This document shows, one piece after another, positions 48,015 to 56,624 of a DNA stretch of 64,000 nt. The stretch covers positions 1 to 64,000 of the IMG/VR virus record IMGVR_UViG_3300044645_002359, one strand, 5' to 3'. The notes beneath the pieces are model-generated. The model saw nothing but the letters and a program-made list of their open reading frames with translations. It did no database searches and was not told the origin of the DNA. Each line of letters opens with the position of its first letter. The stretch's first letter is position 1. A program made the translations under genes and the position numbers.

Positions 48015-48236
48015 ATGTCTTACCGCTCCCGTCGAAATTCAACCACCATGTCATCTTCCTCATCTTCTGGATGAGGATTTTCCGGATTGCTTACCGTCCT
48101 CTTCATCGGATTGAAACTCACCGGCCACATCACCTGGCCTTGGATTTGGGTTCTTTCCCCGTTGTGGATTTCCGCCCTGATCGCCATTGCTTTTATCGTC
48201 CTGTTCCTAGTTTTGGCTGTCCTCCTTAATAAGTGA
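48015..48236 (+). pseudogene. Small phage membrane protein with in-frame TGA at 48072
   Basis: SSSSG*GFSGLLTVLFIGLKLTGHITWPWIWVLSPLWI. Confidence 0.65.
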
Positions 48237-48706
48237 CCCTTAGCACAACCAACATCCGGAGAATCACCCCCGAGATCGCAGCCAAACTTGACATGCGACC
48301 GGGAGAGTGGTTTCGCAACTTGTTGCTGTGGGATTGCTATAAGGCAAGGCCCTTGGCTTTTAATCGTTGCACAGACCATCAGGAAGTTGTGGCCAAAGGG
48401 CTGTTGCCTGACGAGTTGTTGATTGGCGATTGCATTGACTTGGACTCTTCCTAGTTACCAACATGTTTGAAAATTTAAAACAAAAATTCAGCGAGTGGCT
48501 CGAAGACACTACCCACTGGTTTAAAATCGGTGAGTCAACTATGTGGAGAGCTCGGAACAAACATTAAATTTAACAACCTGACACAAATGACAATACTACT
48601 CTCTTTTCTCCTAGTGGCAGCTACACTGGCTGTGAATCTTTCTATCTGGAGAGCTGCTGAGACTAAAGACGATCTCAAAAAGAATAAAACTAGTTTTTAG
48701 GGGGGA

Positions 48707-48780
48707 CGGTTAACCGACTTTCTGCGGGGCGGAAAGGTTCGGTTCCCCCCCTTGTTTCTACTGTGCAGAAACGCTATGAT
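48707..48780 (+). promoter_or_regulatory. Class I repeated promoter
   Basis: TTGTTT-17-TATGAT; ATG 48787 opens uORF MNMTRA*. Confidence 0.8.
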
Positions 48781-48815
48781 TATTGCATGAACATGACACG
48801 AGCCTAATCTACAAA

Positions 48816-49940
48816 ATGGCAAACATCGAACGCAAACTTGCATCTGTCCGCAAAGTAACGGACATTCGCCCCATCCCCGACGCTGACGCCATCGAATGCG
48901 CCATTGTAGGTGGTGGTTGGCCCGTGGTAGTGAAAAAGGGAGAATTTCAGGTTGGCGACCTCGCCATCTACTTCGAGATTGATTCCTGGATTCCTCACGA
49001 ACTTGCCCCATTCCTCTCCAAGGGGAAGAAACCAAGGGAGTATAATGGAGTGAAGGGGGAGAGGCTGAAAACTGTCAGGCTCCGTGGTCAAGTCTCCCAG
49101 GGTCTCCTGCTCCGCTTCTCGGACATCTCTCCAAGCTTCTACGTTGTCTCGCTAGCCGAACCTTACGGGGGGAGGGAATTTCTCCGAGTTGATCAGTGCG
49201 TGTGGGAGGAAGGTGAGGACTTCACTCTAGAGTTCGGAATTCAGAAATGGGAAGCTCCTGTCCCAGCTTGCTTGGCTGGTCAAGTTCGCGGGAACTTTCC
49301 TAGCTTCCTCGTGAAGACGGACCAGGAACGTTGTCAGAATGTTGTGGAGGAAATCTTTGAGCGCCATAAGGGTGAAACCTACGAAGTTACTATCAAACTT
49401 GATGGGTCTTCCTGCACGGTCTACGTCAAGGACGGGGAAGTTGGGGTGTGCAGCCGTAACCTTGACCTCAAGGAAACCGAAGGCAATAGTTTCTGGAAGG
49501 CTGCTAGGGATCAGGGCATTATCGATGCTATGCTTGCATACAATGGGAAGACTGGTCACAGTATTGCCTTGCAGTCGGAAACCCTTGGAGAAGGCATCCA
49601 GGGCAACCAGGAAGGAATCAAGGGACAACGCCTATTCCTGTTTGACATCTTCGATATCGACAGCCAAACTTACATGAAGCCAGGGGCCAGAATGAACCTC
49701 TTGGACAAGTACCTAGTTCCATTAGGCGCTGATTTAACCCATACCCCTGTCCTACACCCCGCAATGTGTGTAACTGATAGTTCCGCCAACCTTGATGAGC
49801 TACTAGCGTACGCCGATGGCCCGTCCATGAACCCCAAAGTCAAACGCGAAGGCTTAGTATTCAAGTCCAATGACTCTGAGTTTTCCTTCAAGGCCATTAG
49901 TAATGAATGGCTCTTATCCAAGGGAAAGAAGGGTGGCTGA
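48816..49940 (+). CDS. RNA ligase, Rnl2/DRB0094 family
   Basis: RKLASVRKV...YFEIDS...SQGL...KTDQER...KLDGSS...EGLVFK...FKAISNEWL. Confidence 0.92.
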   Translation: MANIERKLASVRKVTDIRPIPDADAIECAIVGGGWPVVVKKGEFQVGDLAIYFEIDSWIPHELAPFLSKGKKPREYNGVKGERLKTVRLRGQVSQGLLLRFSDISPSFYVVSLAEPYGGREFLRVDQCVWEEGEDFTLEFGIQKWEAPVPACLAGQVRGNFPSFLVKTDQERCQNVVEEIFERHKGETYEVTIKLDGSSCTVYVKDGEVGVCSRNLDLKETEGNSFWKAARDQGIIDAMLAYNGKTGHSIALQSETLGEGIQGNQEGIKGQRLFLFDIFDIDSQTYMKPGARMNLLDKYLVPLGADLTHTPVLHPAMCVTDSSANLDELLAYADGPSMNPKVKREGLVFKSNDSEFSFKAISNEWLLSKGKKGG

Positions 49941-50912
49941 TGCCAGTGCCCAAAGGACCCGTTGGCTGAATATTTAAAGTTTATCCACTCCGAAAAATGC
50001 CCCCCCTAATCCGCTACGCAAACTGGCACATTCGCCGTTATAGGCAAAGAAATTCTACTCTGGAGCTAGCAATTATCTTTGCTTTTCATTGTTTGATTGC
50101 TTGTATTTCCTTGGCCGTAGGGGTCATGTCAACCCCTGTGAATCCCCTATTGGTGTCATGGGGCATCTCACTCCTTGCCGTTACCTGCTACATTCATCGC
50201 CCCATTCGCTACTACTGACCGTCCCGCAACCCTTCACCGAAACATCCGACCCTCAACTACAAAAAGGGTATACCACCCGTACTCACACACCGCAATGACT
50301 AAGCCCTTAGCCTACAACTACCCGCCCGGAACCACGCCGGAAGCAATCGAAGCCTTCCGCACCATGTGGGGACAAACCCCCGAAGATGACATTCGTTTGG
50401 GTTCAACCTTTGAGATTTTCCTGAAGGGTTATGTGTGCGGAAGAAATTTATCTAGGAATTTAGACCCTCAAGTAAGAGATAATGATAGTATACGAGATGA
50501 AATCAACGACTTGACTCAAAGGATTGAAGACTTGGAAAGATTCAAAGAAGCTACAGTGAGTTATGATTCCCATGGCAATTATGCCAGACATGTTGGTTGA
50601 TACTGTAATTAATTACCATGCAAACAAATAAACCACAACAACCATGATCGACACCATCCCGCCAACAACATTCGATACTCGAACAGATACCATTAGGTAT
50701 CCGGACGGCGTTGAAGAAACCTTAGTCCAATACCAAAAACGCAACCGCCAATTTGAATATATCCGGGGCCTGCAAAATGCTTTAGAAAGAATGAAGGTCC
50801 TATATCAGAACCCCGGCTGCCTTACCGAAGGGGAGTATAACGCAGCGAAGGACGCCATCCAAGGGCAATTTGACTATTGGGAAATGAATCTGTTTATCGA
50901 ATTCGGAGACAA

Positions 50913-51380
50913 ATGACCATTACCAAATTCTCAGGCCAATTCAGTTTCCTGTCAAACTTTTATGAGAGCGTTCTAGAATACGAGGGGATCAAATACCCCA
51001 CAGTCGAACACGCCTTTCAAGCAGCTAAGACTCAGGATCCCGAAGCTCGCCAGCAAATTGCAAATATGCAAAAGCCGAGCGAGGCCAAAGCTGCGGGAAA
51101 CCGTAACGGCATTATCAGGGACTTTGACCCCGTAGAGTGGGAACTTAGAAAAAACGGAGTCATGGAAGAGTTACTACGCATTAAATTTCAGAACCCAGAT
51201 CTAAAAAACCTCCTAGCACAAACAGGAAACGCAAAACTAATCGAAGGCAACACTTGGGGAGACACTTATTGGGGAGTTGATGTTGTGACCGGCGAGGGCG
51301 CTAACAAACTTGGTGTCATCCTTGAGGGGATTCGCAACGAGATTGCTGAGGCAATGGCAAAGAATAAGCGTCAATCTTGA
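50913..51380 (+). CDS. NADAR family protein
   Basis: FLSNFY...TVEHAFQAAK...KF.NP.L...LIEGNTWGDTYWG...G.NKLG. Confidence 0.9.
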   Translation: MTITKFSGQFSFLSNFYESVLEYEGIKYPTVEHAFQAAKTQDPEARQQIANMQKPSEAKAAGNRNGIIRDFDPVEWELRKNGVMEELLRIKFQNPDLKNLLAQTGNAKLIEGNTWGDTYWGVDVVTGEGANKLGVILEGIRNEIAEAMAKNKRQS

Positions 51381-51395
51381 ACATCCGCACAAACA

Positions 51396-51917
51396 ATGAC
51401 TGCACTCAACAAAACCGAAGGCGACCTATTAGCAATGGCTCGCGAGGGCCAGTTTGACATAATCGTTCACGGGGCAAACTGCTTCAACAAAATGGCTTCT
51501 GGAATTGCCGGGCAAATCAGCCGTGAACACCCTGAGGCTGCTGAAGCCGACCGCGCCACAGAGTCTGGTGACAGGGGCAAGCTTGGCAACTATACTATGG
51601 CTCACGTGCGAGAGATATGGTTGATACAACGTGCCTTCACGATCGTTAACGCTTACACTCAGTACACCTATGGGCGAGAAGGAGACTTGTTTGAGTACAA
51701 CGCCTTTGAAAAGTTTCTGGCAAATTTTGAGACTTTTCTGAGAAAAGTGTACGTGTTGGCGGGTGCCGACAAGAAAACCAGGGTTGGCTTCCCTTACATC
51801 GGTTGTGGCCTTGCAGGTGGAGACGAGCAAAGAATAGTAGAGATGATCGAAAACTTCTCTGTGTCTTGCCAAGACATTGCGGATGTCACTCTTGTTAGAT
51901 TTGTCCGAGATACATGA
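51396..51917 (+). CDS. Macrodomain ADP-ribosylhydrolase
   Basis: GDLL...IVHGANCFNKMASGIA...PYIGCGLAGGD. Confidence 0.9.
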   Translation: MTALNKTEGDLLAMAREGQFDIIVHGANCFNKMASGIAGQISREHPEAAEADRATESGDRGKLGNYTMAHVREIWLIQRAFTIVNAYTQYTYGREGDLFEYNAFEKFLANFETFLRKVYVLAGADKKTRVGFPYIGCGLAGGDEQRIVEMIENFSVSCQDIADVTLVRFVRDT

Positions 51918-52126
51918 ACTCACTACAATGGCTTAACGTTGCCAGTTGCTCTGCCCGCCGCTTATCAAGCCTTCGCTTCAGAGGTAGTTCCACATCGGAA
52001 ACTAAGAAGGGAGAGAAAGAAACTCTCGATATGGCGCTCGCCAAGGTTAATACCACTATCCTAAACCGTCTGAGGAAGCAACTCCCGAACCCTCAAGGGT
52101 AAAAGTAGTATAACTGCGGCTTCAAC

Positions 52127-52459
52127 ATGCAAGGTTCATTCTCTGAAGATTCTCTTAAAATCTTTCACAATTTGGCTTCACAGTCCCAAGGTTTAAGCTA
52201 TAGTGAGTCTAGGGAAGATTCGTATGACTTTACACGCTGTGTAAGACCAAATGGGACCAGCTTTGGAACCTCAGGGAAATGCACACCACCGAATCGCCAA
52301 GCGGCGCCAAGTAATCTTGTAGCGGAAGTTAACCGCGAGGAAGTAGAGGCTCGGCAGTTAATGTCCGGTGGCCGCAGAAACAGCAGGGCTATGCAGCGCC
52401 GCGCAAAAGAACTACTTGAGAGTGCTCGAAGAAAGAGGAGCGGCAAGCCGACGGCATGA
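52127..52459 (+). CDS. Short DFTRC-family protein
   Basis: MQGSFSE...YDFTRCVRPNGTSFGTSGKC. Confidence 0.8.
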   Translation: MQGSFSEDSLKIFHNLASQSQGLSYSESREDSYDFTRCVRPNGTSFGTSGKCTPPNRQAAPSNLVAEVNREEVEARQLMSGGRRNSRAMQRRAKELLESARRKRSGKPTA

Positions 52460-52667
52460 GTTCGGTTCTCACGCTTCACTCCTACAGGTGAGGCACTATA
52501 CTTGTAATACCCTTGTGGAAGCCCTTAGAGCGCACCAGGCGCTCCTAGAGGAGCCCGTTTCTCCTAACCCGGAGACCCCTGCCCCAATAGCGGCGGATGC
52601 TCTACAGGCGGTGTCCGTGCCCTCTGAGTTCATACACAAAGGCACCTCCACCCTGTGACGCAAAGGG

Positions 52668-52730
52668 CGGTAAACCGACCAAAAACTTTCGGTTCTCCCC
52701 CTTGTGCCTGCAGCGCAGAGACGCTATAGT
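52668..52730 (+). promoter_or_regulatory. Class I repeated promoter
   Basis: cggtaaaccg; TTGTGC-17-TATAGT; ATG 52737. Confidence 0.85.
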
Positions 52731-52736
52731 AATAAT

Positions 52737-53468
52737 ATGAAGAACGTCAATTACGCCTTTATTGGCGACCTCCACTCTCAAATTTCGCCTTTGCGAAAAG
52801 CACTGAACTATTGCAACGAAAACGGATGCGTCCCTGTGCTTTTGGGCGACCTGTTTGACTCGCGCATGGAAACCAGCGATAGCGTAGCTGTCTACAACAC
52901 TGTGCGTCAAGCTGTTGAAAACGGTGCGATTGCTCTGAGAAGCAATCACCAGAACAAGCTGGAGCGTCACGCTCGCGGTAACAACGTTCTGTTGAAAGAA
53001 GGTTTTGATCGCACTGTCCGAGACTTTCAAGAAGCTGGTATCTGCTTGACTGAAGTAGGGCAATGGCTGGAAACTTTCCCGTATGGTATCGCCCTGAGGG
53101 ACTCTCGAGGAGTCGAATACCGCTGCGCCCACGCAATGTTCCCCCGATGGGTTCTCGTTCCTGAAAACTACGATGGGGTTTACCGTGTGAACGAAGTGAC
53201 TCGTAAAGCGAAAGATTACATGCTGTATGGGCCACGCCGTGCTGGTGCGGTCTGGCCTCAAGACCAAACTCGAGTGTTCTGGTGGGAAGAAGAATCGAAT
53301 CGCGATTGGGTTCGTGTCGCGGGCCACTACCACCACATTCACGTGAGCGATAAGAGCCTTGTTCTCGACGGACAGATGGGTGGCAGCACCCAAGAAGGCT
53401 TCGACCCGGCGCAAGCTCGCCTCTGCGTCTGGAACCTCGAAGAGCAAACGCTTACTCAATTCACCTGA
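52737..53468 (+). CDS. Calcineurin-like metallophosphoesterase (paralog B)
   Basis: GDLHSQ...LGDLFD...SNHQ...GHYH. Confidence 0.85.
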   Translation: MKNVNYAFIGDLHSQISPLRKALNYCNENGCVPVLLGDLFDSRMETSDSVAVYNTVRQAVENGAIALRSNHQNKLERHARGNNVLLKEGFDRTVRDFQEAGICLTEVGQWLETFPYGIALRDSRGVEYRCAHAMFPRWVLVPENYDGVYRVNEVTRKAKDYMLYGPRRAGAVWPQDQTRVFWWEEESNRDWVRVAGHYHHIHVSDKSLVLDGQMGGSTQEGFDPAQARLCVWNLEEQTLTQFT

Positions 53469-53973
53469 TTGCCTTATGAACTATACTCCTGACCCCGGAC
53501 CCACAGACAATGTCCTCCCGGAAGAAGTCGCTTTTCGAAGTACTGGTTTCTCCCTTGAGGACGCAGTCCAAATTCACTTGTGGGATTTGGTCGTTCAGTG
53601 CGAGAAACTTCGCAAACAGCGAAAGTTTAACCTTGTGAAGTTGCTTCAAACCGAGGGTGAGGATCTCGCCCTAGCTTACGAAAACAAAGAACTTTTCATC
53701 ATTTCATACTTTCACCAAAACAAACAAGTTTGATCTATGCTTAGTCGTTTCTTAGGAGTTCTCTCTGGCCTTACCCTTATTTTGTTCGTCCTTCACTGGC
53801 GCGGTCTCCCCGTTCTCATCCTACTGAAGGCTATCCCCCTTCTACTTATTGTGGGTGCAGGGATTCTACTCATAGTAGCAGGTTTGTCCAAGGACTAACC
53901 CTTTACCCTCCTCTTCTGACTTAAGATAAAAGTCACAACCACGAAAACCAAACTTTCTCAAAAACAAAACCAA

Positions 53974-54792
53974 ATGTCTGTCACTAAAGTTGCAATCGGC
54001 TCTGGCGCCATTCTCCTTTCTCTGGTTCTAGCCGCAGGCCAATTTACCACAATTAGCACGGGTGAAAATGGTCTTTACATTGGCTTCGATGGCCAAGTCA
54101 AAAACGAAGTGCTGACCCCAGGCATCAAGTACGACGGGTTGGGCTCCATCAAGGTGTTTAACACTCGTAAGATCACTGTCACAGCGAACGACCTTCGTCC
54201 CAAGACTAAAGATAACACCATCATGAAAGAGATGGACGTCACGGTTACTTACAGCATTAATCCTAACTCCCTTTACGAGTTTTTCACCAACTACGACCTT
54301 ACCAACCACGGTATTGCCGAAAACGGTCAGCTTCAACTGATGTCAAGTTACATCTCTCGTCTTATTACATCCGCTGTTAACCAGTCGGTAGACGAATTCC
54401 CTGCTTTGGCTGTTAACAGTAGTCTTGAGCAAATTCAAGACACAATTAAGGCCAACCTTTCGGAAGCTTTACAGAAAAATGGTCTTGAAGGTAAGATCAC
54501 CGTGGATTCAATCATAGTTGGCAAGGCAGACCTTCCTGACGACCTGGTTGCCTCGGTTAACCGTGTGGTTGCCGCTCAGTCGGGTTTGAAAGAACAACAA
54601 GTTAGGACAGAAACTGCCCAATTGAAGGCGGAAGAGAACAAAGCTCTGGCTTCTACCGTTACCGCACAATCGTTGGAATACCAGCGAAATGAAATCCTGA
54701 AGGCTGCCTTTGCCAACGGATCCATTCAGAAGATGGTTATCATCAACGGTGCCAAGATGGACTTTCTGCCCGGTGGCTTGACCGATAAGTAA
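53974..54792 (+). CDS. SPFH/band 7 (prohibitin-like) membrane protein
   Basis: N-terminal TM segment, SPFH fold, C-terminal coiled coil. Confidence 0.8.
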   Translation: MSVTKVAIGSGAILLSLVLAAGQFTTISTGENGLYIGFDGQVKNEVLTPGIKYDGLGSIKVFNTRKITVTANDLRPKTKDNTIMKEMDVTVTYSINPNSLYEFFTNYDLTNHGIAENGQLQLMSSYISRLITSAVNQSVDEFPALAVNSSLEQIQDTIKANLSEALQKNGLEGKITVDSIIVGKADLPDDLVASVNRVVAAQSGLKEQQVRTETAQLKAEENKALASTVTAQSLEYQRNEILKAAFANGSIQKMVIINGAKMDFLPGGLTDK

Positions 54793-54815
54793 ACATAAGC
54801 TGAAGCAACGGGGGA

Positions 54816-54877
54816 CGGCTAACCGAACCGAAAGGGGCGGTTCCCTCCCTTGTTTCACTGAGAGAAAACGCTATAGT
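54816..54877 (+). promoter_or_regulatory. Class I repeated promoter
   Basis: cggctaaccg; TTGTTT-16-TATAGT; ATG 54884. Confidence 0.8.
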
Positions 54878-54883
54878 AAGTTC

Positions 54884-55237
54884 ATGAAAACACAATCACT
54901 GGCACCAAAAACCAAAGAAATTCGCGGCGGCAAAGTTGCCGTCTTGTACAGCCCAGGCTTTGGCGCAGGTTGGAGCACCTGGAACTCAGACCCCGATAAA
55001 GGTCTCGAGCATTTCCTATTGTTTGACCCAACCTTGGTCCACATGGTGGAAAACGACCAAAGGGAACGTATCCTCGCTTACGTTGAGTCCGTTTACCCTG
55101 ATTCTGGCTTTTACGCAGGAGGGGCAGATAATCTCTCCATTCAGTGGATTCCAGAAGGTTGTCTGTTCAAAGTTACGGAGTACGATGGGGCAGAGTCCAT
55201 TGAGTACCGTGATTACGATAACTGGAAAATTGCATGA
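54884..55237 (+). CDS. Conserved phage hypothetical protein
   Basis: KVAVLYSPGFGAGWSTWN...F.VTEYDG.ESI. Confidence 0.8.
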   Translation: MKTQSLAPKTKEIRGGKVAVLYSPGFGAGWSTWNSDPDKGLEHFLLFDPTLVHMVENDQRERILAYVESVYPDSGFYAGGADNLSIQWIPEGCLFKVTEYDGAESIEYRDYDNWKIA

Positions 55238-55264
55238 ATCATAAATTTACAAAGAAGAATAAAT

Positions 55265-55638
55265 ATGGGTATGTACACTGAGATTTACGTGAATGTTGAG
55301 CTCAAGCGGGACACACCCGAGGAGGTACTCCATGTTCTCAAGGCAATGTGCGGCAAACTTGACCCCGAGGTGGAGAAAGAAGCACTGGAAGGTTACCCTG
55401 ACAGGTGGTGCATGCTCTTCAGTGACTGCAGCTACTACACTCCAAAACTTACTGCAAGTATTTAGAGTGGGACACAATTTCAAAACAGTGGTCCCTCCTT
55501 GGCAAGGGAGACATTAAGAACTACGAAGGAGAGATTGAGAAGTTCTTTGAATGGATCTCCCCACACGTGGATGCTTGGGATAGAGATTTTATGGGTTACA
55601 AACGATACGAGGAAAGTCAAATACCTCTTTTGTTCTAG
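55265..55638 (+). CDS. Conserved hypothetical protein; frameshift in A-run ~55444-55447
   Basis: MGMYTEI...DIKNYEGEIEKFFEWI...GYKRYEE after one-base repair. Confidence 0.65.
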
Positions 55639-55952
55639 AAGAAGGGCGACTCCTACACGACTGAGCAACCCTCACCACAACTATACTAACACACCCTGAC
55701 TTCAACCGAGAAGCAACAATGAACTTCGAACAAATCTGGAATGAATCCCGTGGCCGTTTCACGAAAACCGGACGAGAGGCCATCCATAATGCTGATACCA
55801 CCGATTGGGTGCAGAAAGGCATTGACCTAGCGTTCAACCACTCTTTCTGGGAAGACATGGCTCGTGAAGCTGTTGAACGCCTTCAAGAAGAAATTGCAGG
55901 GGTAGACAACCTCCGCTGATTACTTCAACGAAACAACTATTCAAAACAAACA

Positions 55953-56477
55953 ATGGGACTCGACTCTCACCTCTACGCCGAAAAGTACGTCAGCAACTAC
56001 GATCATTCCTCTCCTCAAGAGAGGGAAACTTACCACAAAATTGTGGAGGCCACGGGACTCTCATCCCTTGAATACCCTTTGCCTCGGAGCAACAGTGCAA
56101 CGATCCGTGTGAAGGTTGCCTACTGGCGCTAAGCCAATCAGATTCATCAGTTCTTCGTGGAAGTTTCCAAAGAAGAGGACAACTGCCAAGACATTGAGGT
56201 TTCACGTGAAGATCTAGAGAATTTGCTGAACCTTGCAAAGCAAGCTCTAAAAACTCGAGACAAGACTTTGGAGAACTTGAAAGAAGGAGAAGTTGTGGTA
56301 GGGCCGGAAGACATTCTTCCTACTCGATCAGGCTTTTTCTTCGGCTCCACAGACTACGACGAGTATTACTACTCCGACCTTGAACACACGGTTAAAGTCC
56401 TGGAGAAAATACTCAACCATCCGGGTATCCCAAAAGAGGACTACAGCTGGAGCTTCATCTACCGAGCGTCCTGGTAA
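55953..56477 (+). pseudogene. Conserved phage protein with in-frame TAA at 56130
   Basis: MGLD...VAYWR*ANQIH..F...LPT.SGFFFGST.YDEYY...Y.ASW. Confidence 0.7.
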
Positions 56478-56567
56478 TTGCCGAGAGTTTACCGTCTACC
56501 CCTGGCCCTATGTTAGGGCTGTCGGTGTCCACGCCGCCATTTCCCTAGGGTAACCCCGGGAACAAAG

Positions 56568-56593
56568 TTGATACAGCCATCACTTGTATCCAA
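56568..56593 (+). promoter_or_regulatory. CAGCCA hairpin in the leader of the TROVE-like gene
   Basis: ttgataca-gccatcact-tgtatc(c)aa. Confidence 0.55.
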
Positions 56594-56624
56594 AACACAA
56601 AAACAATCAACTTGAGAGAAGAAA

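Noticed and set aside
2687-56477. Genome-wide stop-codon reassignment
   Set aside because: All three stop types occur internally, yet each also ends conserved genes at the expected place (TGA for tsf, TAA for nadV, TAG for the radical SAM). No suppressor tRNA was found.
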